Below, one piece after another: positions 1-9,986 of a stretch of DNA of 64,000 nt. The DNA is from Comamonadaceae bacterium (GTDB lineage Bacteria; Pseudomonadota; Gammaproteobacteria; Burkholderiales; Burkholderiaceae_C). The DNA lies in assembly GCA_947442105.1 (NCBI GenBank), contig CANEVH010000017.1, forward strand, positions 2,548-66,547, in the 5' to 3' direction. The notes beneath the pieces were generated by a model. That model was not told where the DNA came from, did no database searches, and worked only from the letters and a program-made list of their open reading frames with translations. The position numbers and the translations under genes were made by a program. Position 1 is the stretch's first letter; each line of letters begins with the position of its first letter.

Positions 1-18
1 CTAAGACGCCACAAACCC

Positions 19-48
19 GCCGCACGGTGCGCCTTGCGGCATTTTTTT
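19..48 (+). terminator. Rho-independent terminator-like hairpin at the window edge
   Basis: The stem is gccgca (19-24) paired with tgcggc (35-40), followed by T7 (42-48). It would end a plus-strand gene lying just upstream of the window. It also sits just past the stop of the minus-strand SCO1 gene. Confidence 0.5.
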
Positions 49-69
49 GCGCCCGATTCAAAGCCCCAT

Positions 70-699
70 TCAGCGCAACAGCAAGGCAATGTCAGCGGCT
101 AGAAGCGGCGCGCCGCTGCCGTAGCGGGTAAACAGGCGCAGCTGGCCTTGGGTGTCAAAAACATAGCTGCCTGCCGAGTGGTCCATGGTGTAGCTGGTGG
201 CGCTGGGGCCGGGTACCTTTTTGTAATAGATTTTGAAGTCCTTGGCCACCGCTTCGAGCGCCTGGGGCGCCGGGCGCAGGGCCAGAAAACCGGGGTCGAA
301 ATTGGCCATATAGGCCTTGAGCAGCTCGGGCGTGTCGCGCTCGGGGTCCACGGTCACAAACAAGGCCTGCAAGCGGTCACCGTCTTTGCCGAGCAGCTTT
401 TTCACCTCCGCCAATTCGGCCAGCGTGGTCGGGCAAACATCGGGGCATTGGGTGTAGCCAAAAAATACCACGACCACTTTGCCAGCAAAGTCCGCCAGAT
501 GGCGCACCTGGCCGTTGTGGTCGGGCAGCGCAAAGTTCTTGCCATAGTCGGCGCCGGTGATGTCGATGGAGCTAAACGCGGGCTTTTGCTCGCCACACGC
601 GGCCAAAAAACCCGCCGAAGAGATGGCCGAAACGGTGGCTGCCAAAAACACAGCACCCACGCGGCGGCGCGTCATCCCGCGGTTCAAGAAATGGTTCAT
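70..699 (-). CDS. SCO1/SenC family copper chaperone (cytochrome oxidase assembly)
   Basis: This is ORF 70..1041(-) with the start moved to ATG 699 (MNHFLNRG...). It has an N-terminal anchor helix and the thioredoxin-fold CxxxC motif [10 protein letters not shown]. Its start overlaps the upstream heme O synthase stop (ATGA). Confidence 0.85.
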   Translation of the reverse strand: MNHFLNRGMTRRRVGAVFLAATVSAISSAGFLAACGEQKPAFSSIDITGADYGKNFALPDHNGQVRHLADFAGKVVVVFFGYTQCPDVCPTTLAELAEVKKLLGKDGDRLQALFVTVDPERDTPELLKAYMANFDPGFLALRPAPQALEAVAKDFKIYYKKVPGPSATSYTMDHSAGSYVFDTQGQLRLFTRYGSGAPLLAADIALLLR

Positions 700-1607
700 A
701 GCAGATAGTGGTCGAGCAATAGCGCGGCAAACAGGGCGCTCAAGTGAATCAAAGAAAAGCGGAAAGTCTCGCGCGCCAAGGCGTCGGAGTAGTTGCGCAT
801 CAGGCGCCATGCGTACAGGCAAAACCACAGGCTCAGGACGACGGCTGCAGCCAGGTACAGCCAAGAACTCATGCCCACCATAAAGGGCAGCAAACAAGCG
901 GCAAACAGCACCCAGGTGTAGAGCAAAATTTGCAACCGTGTGAACTCGCTGCCATGGGTGACTGGCAGCATGGGCAGGCCGGACTTGCGGTAGTCCTCTA
1001 CCCGGTACAAAGCCAGCGCCCAGAAATGCGGCGGCGTCCACAGAAAGATAATCAAAAACAAAATCAGGGCTTCCGGGCCTACATCACCGGTCATGGCCGC
1101 CCAGCCCAGCACGGGCGGCATGGCGCCCGAGGCGCCGCCAATCACAATGTTTTGCGGCGTGAGCGGCTTGAGGATGACGGTGTAAACCACCGCGTAACCC
1201 ACAAAGGTGGCAAAGGTCAGCCACATGGTCAGCGGGTTCACCCACACATACAAAATCACCGAACCCGCCAGGCCTAACAAGGCGGAAAACCACAGGGTTT
1301 GCGTGTTGCTCAGCTCGCCACGCGCCGTTGGGCGCCACGAAGTGCGCTTCATCTTGGCGTCAATGCGCTGCTCCACGATGCAGTTGAAAGCCGCCGCGGC
1401 CGCAGCCACCAGCCATATGCCCAAACAAGCCAGCGCCGCCAAGCCCACTTGCGCCAGCGATGGCAGGCCCGGCACGGCCAGCACCATGCCAATCAAGGCG
1501 CAAAACACAATGAGCTGAATGACGCGCGGCTTGGTCAGCGCATGGAACTGGCGCACGATCGACAAGGGTGCGGTCGCCGGGCTCAAGGAAGGGGAAGGTG
1601 CGCTCAC
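696..1607 (-). CDS. ctaB: Protoheme IX farnesyltransferase (heme O synthase)
   Basis: The 303 aa polytopic membrane protein carries UbiA-family features (TKPRVIQL..., [15 protein letters not shown]). It uses a GTG start that overlaps the ctaA stop (GTGA) and sits in the cox cluster. Confidence 0.9.
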   Translation of the reverse strand: MSAPSPSLSPATAPLSIVRQFHALTKPRVIQLIVFCALIGMVLAVPGLPSLAQVGLAALACLGIWLVAAAAAAFNCIVEQRIDAKMKRTSWRPTARGELSNTQTLWFSALLGLAGSVILYVWVNPLTMWLTFATFVGYAVVYTVILKPLTPQNIVIGGASGAMPPVLGWAAMTGDVGPEALILFLIIFLWTPPHFWALALYRVEDYRKSGLPMLPVTHGSEFTRLQILLYTWVLFAACLLPFMVGMSSWLYLAAAVVLSLWFCLYAWRLMRNYSDALARETFRFSLIHLSALFAALLLDHYLL

Positions 1608-2770
1608 GTGGTGTGTCTCTCGAAAACAGTAGAGGGAGCCTGGACCGGCGACCGGGTTCGGGTGGCGGCCAGCAAGCCGGCCAGCACAGCGCCCATCGCG
1701 CCGGCGCCGCCGGTGTGCAACACGGCGGCCAGCAGCGGCCAGTCCAGCACCACGTTACTCAGGCCGGTGGCAAACTGCAAAGCCAGCAAGCCACCCAGCC
1801 AGCGCGCCGGGCGCACCAGCCTTGGCACGCTGCGCAGGCGCCACGCCAGCAAAAGCAGCACCGCGAAGGTCAGGCCCGCAAGCAGGCGGTGGGCGAAATG
1901 GATGGCGGTCAGGGCCTGAAAACTCAGCGGCGTGCCGTCCGCGGCCAAGCCCAAGGGCCGCCAAAGCGCAAAGCCCTCAGAAAAGTCCATCATGGGCCAC
2001 CAGCTGCTCTGGCATTGGGGAAACTCGGCACAGGCCAACACCGCGTAATTCGTGCTCACCCAGGCGCCAGAAGCCACTTGCAGCAGCAGCACCAGCAAAC
2101 CGACCACGATGGTGGCACGCAGCGGAGCGGCAACTGCAATGGGCGCTTGCGCGGACACGGCCTGAGACTGCCAAACCGCCTGCACCGCCAACAGCGCCAG
2201 CAGCACATAGCCGCCCATCAAATGCAGGCTAACGATGGCGGGAAACAACTTCATGGTGACGGTGAGCGCGCCAAACGCGCCTTGAATGCACACCCACAAA
2301 AGCGTTAGCGTGGCCCACCACGGGTAGACCTGCGCGCGCCCTGCACTGACGGCCCGCTGGCGCCACACCACCCAGGCGCTGATGGCCAGCACCAAAATCA
2401 AAAAGCCCACGCTGGACGCCAAATAGCGGTGCACCATTTCAATCCAGGCTTTGCCGTGGGTGACAGGGCCGTCTGGCGCGGCCAGTTGGGCCGATGCGAT
2501 GGACGCATGCGCGCCCAAGGGCGTGGCCTGCCCGTAGCACCCGGGCCAGTCGGGGCAGCCCAAGCCGCTGTCGGTTAGGCGTGTGAACGCGCCGAAGAGC
2601 ACCAGGTCAAAGGTCAAAAACAAGGTCACCAGGGTCAAGCCCCGAATGCGCCCATGCGCTTGGGCACGGCGCTGGCGCCACAGCACCCAGGCCAGGGGCA
2701 AAGCGGCCATTGCCATGCCGACAAAGAGCAGACGCAACAAAGGGGACCAGTCGTACAAAGCGGTGTGCAT
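1604..2770 (-). CDS. ctaA: Heme A synthase (COX15/CtaA family)
   Basis: The 388 aa multi-TM protein has conserved His residues and the CPDWPGC motif typical of COX15/CtaA. It lies directly upstream of ctaB. Confidence 0.85.
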   Translation of the reverse strand: MHTALYDWSPLLRLLFVGMAMAALPLAWVLWRQRRAQAHGRIRGLTLVTLFLTFDLVLFGAFTRLTDSGLGCPDWPGCYGQATPLGAHASIASAQLAAPDGPVTHGKAWIEMVHRYLASSVGFLILVLAISAWVVWRQRAVSAGRAQVYPWWATLTLLWVCIQGAFGALTVTMKLFPAIVSLHLMGGYVLLALLAVQAVWQSQAVSAQAPIAVAAPLRATIVVGLLVLLLQVASGAWVSTNYAVLACAEFPQCQSSWWPMMDFSEGFALWRPLGLAADGTPLSFQALTAIHFAHRLLAGLTFAVLLLLAWRLRSVPRLVRPARWLGGLLALQFATGLSNVVLDWPLLAAVLHTGGAGAMGAVLAGLLAATRTRSPVQAPSTVFERHTT

Positions 2771-2794
2771 AGTGAAGCGAGACGAAAGCAGACC

Positions 2795-3484
2795 TCAGCG
2801 GCCGGGTTTGTGCCAAAAGGCCGATGCGCGCAACAAGCGCTCCAGGTCGCGCTTGGCTTTGGGGGCTTGCTGCGTGTCGAGCTGCGTTGGAAAACGCATC
2901 ATCCAGTTGCCCATGGGGTCCACCACATACAAATGGTCGCGCAACTGGGCGCCGCTTGCAGGCTCCAGCCAGCGCTGCAATTCTTTGACGGGCAGGCGCA
3001 ACACGGTGGCAGTTTTCAACGCAGGAAGAAGTTCTGGTGCGACGGCTGCGTCGTCATCAATCAACCAAACCCAATCCAGCCGGTCCTTTTCCTTGCCCAG
3101 CCCCTCCCTCAATTGGCGCTGCAAATACAGATAGCGGGTGCAGGTGGCATCGCAGGCGCCGCCGGCCACGCTGACGAGCAGCCACTGGCCCTTGAGCGTC
3201 TGCAAATTGATCGGTGCACCGTCCAGCGCCTTGGCTTGCACGTCGGGCAAGTTGCGCTGTGGCGTGATGAGTTCGCCAAAATTGCGCCGCCCCTCGGGCC
3301 GCACCAGGTAGTAAGTGACATAAGAGGCAATCACTGGCGCGGCACAGACCAGCAAGACCAAGAGCATTTTCCAGCGCCCCACGCGGGTTTGCGCAACTGC
3401 CATATGGGCCAAGTCCTGCGGTTGAGGCATGGAATGAACGGTCAGACCCAGGGCGTGGTCATCGAATGCTGGGGGGCGGGACAT
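2795..3484 (-). CDS. Membrane-anchored hypothetical protein of the cox assembly cluster with a CxxxC motif (SCO-like)
   Basis: This is ORF 2795..3571(-). ATG 3484 (MSRPP...) or ATG 3430 are the plausible starts. It has one TM helix (WKMLLVLLVCAAPVIASYV) and the motif GGACDATC, and lies between SURF1 and ctaA. Confidence 0.55.
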   Translation of the reverse strand: MSRPPAFDDHALGLTVHSMPQPQDLAHMAVAQTRVGRWKMLLVLLVCAAPVIASYVTYYLVRPEGRRNFGELITPQRNLPDVQAKALDGAPINLQTLKGQWLLVSVAGGACDATCTRYLYLQRQLREGLGKEKDRLDWVWLIDDDAAVAPELLPALKTATVLRLPVKELQRWLEPASGAQLRDHLYVVDPMGNWMMRFPTQLDTQQAPKAKRDLERLLRASAFWHKPGR

Positions 3485-4214
3485 GGGTCGGGGATTCCTT
3501 GGAGCGTGCCTTCGTGCGGCGAAAAAATTGAAACCAGAGGTACAGACCGAGCACCAAGGCAGACAGCGCAAACCACTGAAAGGCGTAGCCGTAGTGTTTT
3601 TCCACTCCCAGCGCCATCGCAGGCCAATCGCGGCGAAGTCCCTCGCTGGTCGGCCCCGTTTGGCGAATTGAAAAATCCGCCAGCGCTAAGCCACTTTGCT
3701 GGCGAAACTGCGCCAGATCCAGATTTTGCCGGATAAGTCCGGCCGCTGGCGTGCCCGGCTCGTATAGCTTGGACGGCGGCGGGGCAATGTGCCCCTCCAC
3801 GCTCACCAGGCCTGTTGGGGTCTGCACCTCAGGCACCGCAGCGCGTGACTCAAAATTGCGCGCCACCCATCCCCGCTGCACCACTATCACCTGCCCGCTG
3901 GGCTGCAGGCGCAGCGGCGTCAGCACAAAAAATCCCACCTTGCCATCCATCTGGCGGTTGTCCAAGTACACCGTGTGGGCGGCTTCCCAGGTGCCTGTCA
4001 CTCTGACGGGGCGGTACAGGGCTGAGGACACAGATGACAGCTGCGCCACCACAGTCGCGTCCAAGGGTGCTTGGCGGGTCTGCGACACCATCTCCGCATG
4101 CAGCGCCTGCTTTTGTGCGGCCCGGCTCAGCTGCCAAAACCCGAGGTAAATCCCCAAGCCCGAAAATAAAGCCGCTACCAGCGTGATCAGGAAAAACTTT
4201 CGGTTGAAGTTCAA
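3459..4214 (-). CDS. SURF1 family cytochrome oxidase biogenesis protein
   Basis: The SURF1-like sequence begins at NFNRKFFLITLVAALFSGLGIYLGFWQLSRA. The ORF-track start at 4472 would run antisense through the plus-strand gene 4230-4451. The only nearby in-frame start is TTG at 4214, so the start is uncertain. Confidence 0.7.
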   Translation of the reverse strand: MNFNRKFFLITLVAALFSGLGIYLGFWQLSRAAQKQALHAEMVSQTRQAPLDATVVAQLSSVSSALYRPVRVTGTWEAAHTVYLDNRQMDGKVGFFVLTPLRLQPSGQVIVVQRGWVARNFESRAAVPEVQTPTGLVSVEGHIAPPPSKLYEPGTPAAGLIRQNLDLAQFRQQSGLALADFSIRQTGPTSEGLRRDWPAMALGVEKHYGYAFQWFALSALVLGLYLWFQFFRRTKARSKESPTHVPPPSIR

Positions 4215-4229
4215 AAGATAATCCGGGTT

Positions 4230-4451
4230 ATGACCTACCTTGTAAGCCTTGTATTTTTCGCCATTCTCGCCAGCTTGGCAGTGGCCTTGCTTTTCATGCT
4301 GCGCGGGGGCAGCGGTGGCCCCCGCAAATCGCGCCGCATGGCACGGGCCTTGGCGCTGCGCGTGGGCGTGTCGATTTTGCTCTTTGTTGGAATTTTGCTG
4401 TCTTGGAAGTTCGGGCTCATCCACCCCACAGGCATTCCGCAAGGGGCCTAG
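4230..4451 (+). CDS. Twin transmembrane helix small protein (HIG1/DUF2909-like)
   Basis: The 73 aa protein has two hydrophobic helices separated by a basic loop (RGGSGGPRKSRRMARA). It is a typical companion of proteobacterial cox clusters. Confidence 0.7.
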   Translation: MTYLVSLVFFAILASLAVALLFMLRGGSGGPRKSRRMARALALRVGVSILLFVGILLSWKFGLIHPTGIPQGA

Positions 4452-4481
4452 CACCCGCGCTAATGAGCGCATCAGTCAAAC

Positions 4482-4507
4482 AAAAAGGCACCTTTCGGTG
4501 CCTTTTT
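4482..4507. terminator. Bidirectional rho-independent terminator
   Basis: The structure is A5, stem ggcacc (4487-4492), loop tttc, stem ggtgcc (4497-4502), then T5. It lies between the convergent small TM protein gene and coxC. Confidence 0.7.
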
Positions 4508-4522
4508 GCTATGGGAAGTCTC

Positions 4523-5404
4523 TTACATCCAGTAAACCAAGATATACAGGCCCAACCAGACCACGTCCACAAAATGCCAGTACCAAGCCGCGCCCTCAAA
4601 ACCAAAATGGCGTTCGGATGAAAAGTGGCCTTTTTGCAAACGCAGTGTGGTGACCAAGAGCATCAACATACCCACAAACACGTGAAAACCGTGGAAACCC
4701 GTGAGCATGAAGAAGGTAGACCCGTAGACGCCAGAGGTCAGCTTGAGGTTGTAATCGTTGTACGCGTGGTAATACTCAAACCCTTGGACAATCAGGAACA
4801 CCACGCCCAACAGAACCGTCATCCACATGAACGCCACCGTCTTGCTGCGCTGGCCGTCAATCAAGGCGTGGTGCGCGAAAGTCAGGGTGACGCCTGAACT
4901 CAGCAGCAGGGCCGTGTTGATGGTAGGCAACCAAAACGGCCCCATGGTGGTGAAGGGCTCCACAATGCCAGCAGGCGATGCGGTCACACCAGCGGCCAGA
5001 CTGGGCCACACCGCCTTAAAACTGGGCCACAACAGCGCGTTATCCAAGCTCCCCAAAGACGGAACGGAATGGGCCCGCGCCCACCACAGTGCAGTGAAAA
5101 AGGCGCCGAAGAACATTACTTCCGAAAAAATGAACCAGCTCATGCTCCATCGGAAAGACAGATCGATCTTGCGCCCGTACTGGCCGGCTTCGCTTTCGGA
5201 AATCGCGTCGCCAAACCACTGGTAGAGCACACCGAGCCAGAAAATCAGGCCAAAGGCCAATGAATATTTACCCCAATCAGCGCCGTTGATCCACTGGCTG
5301 GCGCCCAGGATGACGAAGAACAAGCCAATAGCGGCCATCACCGGATGGCGCGAAGGGCCAGGGACAAAATAATACGGTGTTGTTCCGTGTGCGCTTGAAC
5401 TCAT
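4523..5404 (-). CDS. ctaE: Cytochrome c oxidase subunit III
   Basis: The 293 aa protein has classic subunit III sequence (FFMLTGFHGFHVFVG, GAAWYWHFVDVVWL). Confidence 0.95.
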   Translation of the reverse strand: MSSSAHGTTPYYFVPGPSRHPVMAAIGLFFVILGASQWINGADWGKYSLAFGLIFWLGVLYQWFGDAISESEAGQYGRKIDLSFRWSMSWFIFSEVMFFGAFFTALWWARAHSVPSLGSLDNALLWPSFKAVWPSLAAGVTASPAGIVEPFTTMGPFWLPTINTALLLSSGVTLTFAHHALIDGQRSKTVAFMWMTVLLGVVFLIVQGFEYYHAYNDYNLKLTSGVYGSTFFMLTGFHGFHVFVGMLMLLVTTLRLQKGHFSSERHFGFEGAAWYWHFVDVVWLGLYILVYWM

Positions 5405-5458
5405 TTCAACTCCATTTTTCCGAATACGAATCTAATAAAACCCTGGCAACGGGCAGCC

Positions 5459-5671
5459 CTACTTGCCAACCACCCAAGTCGCCAACAAAATCAAGCCCAG
5501 TACCAGCAGCAGCGCAGCCACCAGCCCGACAGCAAGCACATGCATGGGGTTCACACGGGCCAAATCTTCTTGGTAGCCAGCGCGGCTGCGAATGCCCAAA
5601 AAAGACCATGCCACCAGCTTGACGCTGTGCAACCAGGACGAAGACTTGGGCTTTGCCGACTCCACTGCCAT
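5459..5671 (-). CDS. DUF2970 family small membrane protein
   Basis: The 70 aa protein contains WSFLGIRSRAGYQEDL followed by a C-terminal TM helix. Its start overlaps the ctaG stop by 1 nt (TGATG). Confidence 0.7.
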   Translation of the reverse strand: MAVESAKPKSSSWLHSVKLVAWSFLGIRSRAGYQEDLARVNPMHVLAVGLVAALLLVLGLILLATWVVGK

Positions 5672-6270
5672 CAGGTGCCTCCGACTCCAAGCTTTGCCGA
5701 ACCCAAGCTCGCAAGGGGCGCGGCCGGCGCACTGCCACCCACCTCAAAAAACGTGTACGACAAGGTGATGGTCTTCACGTCCTTGGACAGTTTGGGATCG
5801 ATCACAAAGGCCACAGGCCAGGACTTTTTTTCACCCGGCTCCAGGGTGTACTGGGTAAAACAAAAGCATTCCACTTTGTTGAAATGCGCCGCCGCTTGCT
5901 GTGGTGCGTAGCTCGGAATGGCCTGGGCCGACATGCGCCGGTTTTGGACGTTCTGGAACTCGTACACGACGGTGGTGAGTTCGCCTGGATGCACCTGCAA
6001 TGAACGGGTGGCGGGCTTGAACTCCCAGGGCCCGCGTGCGTTGGCATCAAATTCCACGGTGATCGTGCGGCTGGTGTCTACCTGGCTGTTCACTGGTGCA
6101 ACAGGCTTCACACCGGCCACCACTTGTTCATTCAAGGCCAGTACATTGAGGCCCGTCATTTCACAAATCGCCTTGTAAAGCGGCACCAGCGCATAGCCAA
6201 AGGCGAACATCAGACTGGTCACGACGACCAGCTTGCCCACCATTTGGAAGTTTGCGCGTTGCAGGTTCAT
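5671..6270 (-). CDS. ctaG: Cytochrome c oxidase assembly protein CtaG/Cox11
   Basis: The protein has an N-terminal TM anchor and the Cox11 copper motif (CFCFTQ). I used the ATG at 6270; the ORF track starts at TTG 6276. Confidence 0.9.
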   Translation of the reverse strand: MNLQRANFQMVGKLVVVTSLMFAFGYALVPLYKAICEMTGLNVLALNEQVVAGVKPVAPVNSQVDTSRTITVEFDANARGPWEFKPATRSLQVHPGELTTVVYEFQNVQNRRMSAQAIPSYAPQQAAAHFNKVECFCFTQYTLEPGEKKSWPVAFVIDPKLSKDVKTITLSYTFFEVGGSAPAAPLASLGSAKLGVGGT

Positions 6271-6277
6271 CGCCAAA

Positions 6278-6388
6278 TCAGGCTCCGATCACGGCCAACT
6301 TGAACACAATACCCAAGCAGAACACCAGCGCCACAGACGCCAGCACGAGCCCGAGTTTGACGTTGGATCGTTTTTGTTCAGGCGTCAT
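6278..6388 (-). CDS. 36 aa single-TM peptide (cytochrome oxidase small assembly protein-like)
   Basis: This ORF is not in the ORF track because it is under 60 aa. My own translation gives MTPEQKRSNVKLGLVLASVALVFCLGIVFKLAVIGA. It sits exactly between the coxA stop (6419) and the ctaG start. Confidence 0.55.
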   Translation of the reverse strand: MTPEQKRSNVKLGLVLASVALVFCLGIVFKLAVIGA

Positions 6389-6418
6389 GGCGTACTTTGT
6401 CGGCAATCACTGGCCAGA

Positions 6419-8041
6419 TCAAGCAATGACCTTGTTGGCAGCCGCATTGAGCTTGGGTGGCGTCTCAAAAGTGTGGAAGGGCGCCGGTGAAGGCACTTCC
6501 CACTCCAGTCCTTCGGCCGATTCCCAGGGGCGCTGGGGCGCTTTTTGGCCCTGGCCACGCATGGCGGGAAGCACAATAAAGAAGAAAAAGTACACCTGCG
6601 CAAGTCCAAAGGCGAATGCACCAACCGAGGCCAAGGCATTAAAGTCTGCGAACTGCATCGGGTAATCTGCATAACGGCGCGGCATTCCAGCCAAGCCCAA
6701 AAAGTGCATGGGGAAGAAAGTCACGTTGAAAGCGATCAAGGACCACCAGAAATGGATCTTGCCGCGGGTCTCGCTGTACATCACACCGGTCCACTTCGGA
6801 CTCCAGTAGTAATAGCCGGAGAACATTGCGTACAAAGAACCGGCGACCAAAACATAGTGGAAGTGGGCCACCACGTAATAGGTGTCATGGAGCTGGATGT
6901 CGATAGGCGCCATGGCCAAGATCAAGCCGGTAAAGCCGCCCATAGTGAACACAAAGATAAAGCCCACGGCGAACAGCATCGGCGTCTCAAACGTCATGGA
7001 GCCTTGCCACATGGTGGCAATCCAGTTGAAAATTTTCACCGCTGTCGGCACCGCAATCAGCATGGTGGCGTACATGAAGAACAGCTGGCCAGTCACCGGC
7101 ATGCCCGAGGTGAACATGTGGTGCGCCCACACGATGAAGGACAAGATGGCGATACTGGACGTGGCGTAAACCATGGAGGCATAGCCAAACAGTCGCTTGC
7201 GGGCAAAGGTCGGCACCACGTGGCTGATGATGCCAAAGGCCGGCAAAATCATGATGTACACCTCAGGGTGACCGAAGAACCAGAAAATATGCTGGTACAT
7301 CACCGGGTCGCCGCCACCGGCGGGGTTGAAGAAGCTGGTGCCAAAGTGGCGGTCCGTCAGCGTCATGGTGATCGCGCCGGCCAAAACGGGCATCACGGCA
7401 ATCAGCAAATACGCAGTAATCAGCCAAGTCCAGGCGAACATGGGCATTTTCATGAGCGTCATGCCAGGCGCGCGCATGTTGAGGATGGTGACGATGATGT
7501 TGATCGAGCCCATAATCGAAGAGGCGCCCAGGATGTGCAAGGCAAAAATACCCGCGTCCATGCTCGGACCCATTTGCAGGGTCAGCGGCGCATACAGCGT
7601 CCAACCCGCCGCCGGCGCGCCGCCAGGCATAAAGAACGAGCCGACGATCATCAGCGCCGCAGGAATCATCAGCCAGAAGCTGAAGTTGTTCATGCGCGCA
7701 AAGGCCATGTCCGACGCACCAATTTGCAGTGGAATCATCCAGTTTGCAAAGCCCACAAAGGCCGGCATGATGGCGCCGAACACCATGATCAGACCGTGCA
7801 TGGTGGTGAGTTGGTTAAACAACTCAGGATTGACCAACTGCAGACCGGGCTGGAACAACTCGGCGCGGATGAGCAGGGCCAAAACGCCGCCCACCATCAA
7901 CATCGCGAAGCTAAACAAGAGGTACAGCGTTCCGATGTCTTTGTGGTTGGTTGCAAACACCCAGCGGCGCCAGCCGGTGGGGGCGTGGTGGTCATCGTGG
8001 TGCGCATGATCGTGGTCATGGTGGTCTAAAACGGCGCTCAT
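6419..8041 (-). CDS. ctaD: Cytochrome c oxidase subunit I
   Basis: The 540 aa protein has canonical heme-copper oxidase subunit I motifs ([15 protein letters not shown], the region around VAHFHYV). Confidence 0.97.
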   Translation of the reverse strand: MSAVLDHHDHDHAHHDDHHAPTGWRRWVFATNHKDIGTLYLLFSFAMLMVGGVLALLIRAELFQPGLQLVNPELFNQLTTMHGLIMVFGAIMPAFVGFANWMIPLQIGASDMAFARMNNFSFWLMIPAALMIVGSFFMPGGAPAAGWTLYAPLTLQMGPSMDAGIFALHILGASSIMGSINIIVTILNMRAPGMTLMKMPMFAWTWLITAYLLIAVMPVLAGAITMTLTDRHFGTSFFNPAGGGDPVMYQHIFWFFGHPEVYIMILPAFGIISHVVPTFARKRLFGYASMVYATSSIAILSFIVWAHHMFTSGMPVTGQLFFMYATMLIAVPTAVKIFNWIATMWQGSMTFETPMLFAVGFIFVFTMGGFTGLILAMAPIDIQLHDTYYVVAHFHYVLVAGSLYAMFSGYYYWSPKWTGVMYSETRGKIHFWWSLIAFNVTFFPMHFLGLAGMPRRYADYPMQFADFNALASVGAFAFGLAQVYFFFFIVLPAMRGQGQKAPQRPWESAEGLEWEVPSPAPFHTFETPPKLNAAANKVIA

Positions 8042-8097
8042 ACTGGCTTCCTTTTCACTACTCTTAATTCAATATTGCAAGCTTTGGCGAATGCGCT

Positions 8098-9282
8098 TTA
8101 CTTACGCAAGGCAGCCACCTCAGACGGCTGCACGACTTGACCGGTCTTGTTGGACCACTGATTCTTGGTGTAAGTGATCACCGCCGCAATGTCAGTGTCG
8201 CTCAGGGCCTTCCAAGAAGGCATCGTGCCATTGTTCTGGCCGTTGAGCAACACCATGATTTGCTTGCTTTTGTCGGCATTCAACACCACTGCGGCACCGT
8301 CCAAAGGCTTGATCGCACCGGCGCCCTTGCCAGTGGTCTGGTGGCATGCGACGCAGTTTTGGGCGTACACCTTCTCTCCGCGTTTGGAGATGTCATCAAG
8401 AGTCCAAATCTTGTTCGGATCGTCGGCCAGGGCGGCCATTTTCTTTTGCTCGCCCGCAACCCATTTTGTGTAATCTTCGGCCGATACCACCTTGACGTGG
8501 ATGGGCATGTAAGAGTGCTCTTTTCCGCAGAGCTGAGAGCATTGTCCGTAGAAATCTCCGGTTTTTTCAGCACGGAACCAGGTGTCGCGCACAAACCCGG
8601 GAATTGCCGCTTGCTGGATGCCGAAGGCCGGGACATAAAAGGCATGAATCACGTCGTTGGCGGTGGTGATGATGCGGACTTTCTTGTCCACCGGGATGAC
8701 GAGCGGGTTGTCTACCTTCAGCAGGTAGTCATCCACGCCTTCGCCTTTTTTCGGACCGCCGTTGTTGGACATTTCCCGCTGGGCGGCGTCAATGGTGGAC
8801 AAAAAGCCGATGCCCTCGCCTTCGCCCTTGATGTAGTCATAGCCCCATTTCCACTGCATGCCGGTGACCTTCACGGTCAGGTCAGCGTTGGTGGTGTCTT
8901 TCATGGCGACCACCGCTTTGGTGGCCGGCAAAGCCATCAAAATCACAATAATGAAGGGCACCACGGTCCAGATGATTTCCACCGTCACCGACTCGTGGAA
9001 GGTTGCCGGTTTGTGGCCCACCGATTTGCGGTGCTTCCAAATGGAATAAAACATCACTGCAAAAACAGCGACAAAAATCACCGCACACAAAATCAGCATG
9101 AACCAGTGCAACCATTGCTGATCGCGTGCCACCGAAGTCACTGGCGGATACAAATTCAGTTGGTTCACGGCGGGGCCACCAGGCAAGTCGTTCACGGCGT
9201 GCGCCAGATTGACACCAGCGCTGGCAAACCACAGAGTGGCGGTGGCCAGCATGGGAGCCAGATTTTTCCAAATGCTCTTCAT
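8098..9282 (-). CDS. ctaC: Cytochrome c oxidase subunit II with fused C-terminal cytochrome c domain
   Basis: The start is set to ATG 9282 (MKSIWKNL..., signal peptide). It has the CuA site CSQLCGKEHSYM and a C-terminal CVACH heme c motif. Confidence 0.93.
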   Translation of the reverse strand: MKSIWKNLAPMLATATLWFASAGVNLAHAVNDLPGGPAVNQLNLYPPVTSVARDQQWLHWFMLILCAVIFVAVFAVMFYSIWKHRKSVGHKPATFHESVTVEIIWTVVPFIIVILMALPATKAVVAMKDTTNADLTVKVTGMQWKWGYDYIKGEGEGIGFLSTIDAAQREMSNNGGPKKGEGVDDYLLKVDNPLVIPVDKKVRIITTANDVIHAFYVPAFGIQQAAIPGFVRDTWFRAEKTGDFYGQCSQLCGKEHSYMPIHVKVVSAEDYTKWVAGEQKKMAALADDPNKIWTLDDISKRGEKVYAQNCVACHQTTGKGAGAIKPLDGAAVVLNADKSKQIMVLLNGQNNGTMPSWKALSDTDIAAVITYTKNQWSNKTGQVVQPSEVAALRK

Positions 9283-9347
9283 CGTATTCACTTTCAATGC
9301 CTCAAAGTATGCAAACCCAGTAACAAAATCCTGCTGCGGCTGCGCAG

Positions 9348-9824
9348 TCAAGCGACACGCGCGACCCGCTCTATTTCCGCTGCCAGCGCTGCGCGCCACT
9401 CAGGCCGCACAAACCGCCCCACTGCGATGACCTGCCCCTGTCCACGCAACTCAATAAGCTGCTGCGAAAGCGTAGGACGCTCAACCCGCAACCACGCGCG
9501 CTCGAAAGTTGCATGGTGTACGACACCCGCCAACTCACACTCCACCGTGACCCGAGTGCCATCGATGCAGATGCGTTCCCGGTCCAATGTGCGCCTGGCA
9601 AAACACAAGAACCCGATTCCTAACACCACGATTTCTAGTGCCGAAAACGGCAACACCAGCGTGGCTCCCTGCGCCCAAAAGAAAACCCCTATACAAAGAG
9701 AAATCGCGCTAATGAAAAGGTAGCACGCCCCCAACTGGCCCGGCGTCATCGCGCAGTTTTGTCGTAAAAACCACTCCACCCGATGACCTTGTACCGTTGC
9801 AAATCTGTAGGTAGCGGAACTCAC
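9348..9824 (-). CDS. DUF2244 family integral membrane protein (cox-associated)
   Basis: The segment EWFLRQNCAMTPGQ followed by two TM helices matches my memory of DUF2244, a family often found next to cox genes. The GTG start at 9824 was chosen by eye and is uncertain. Confidence 0.55.
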   Translation of the reverse strand: MSSATYRFATVQGHRVEWFLRQNCAMTPGQLGACYLFISAISLCIGVFFWAQGATLVLPFSALEIVVLGIGFLCFARRTLDRERICIDGTRVTVECELAGVVHHATFERAWLRVERPTLSQQLIELRGQGQVIAVGRFVRPEWRAALAAEIERVARVA

Positions 9825-9986
9825 ACTGTGCGCCGATGTTTTTAAGAGTCTTTCGGACCGGATTGCGAGTAAAAAGCTGTCCAACGAGTGGCAGCGATTG
9901 TAGCCCAAGGCATGGCGCAGGCAGGCCCGAAGGTAAGGTGAAACCCCTAGTGCTTGCGCGCCTGCGGCCACGCCAACTTTGGGAAA

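Noticed and set aside
3459-4472. The full 337 aa SURF1 ORF.
   Set aside because: The first roughly 85 residues are non-homologous, highly basic, and antisense to a plausible plus-strand small gene. I truncated the ORF to the TTG at 4214.
9283-9399. The upstream extension of the coxB ORF (MARSAGSG...).
   Set aside because: The signal peptide and homology begin at ATG 9282. The extension has no support.
6545-9723. Long plus-strand ORFs of 494 aa and 528 aa.
   Set aside because: They are antisense to coxA and coxB. Their His/Arg/Gly-rich composition is an artefact of the opposite-strand codon bias.
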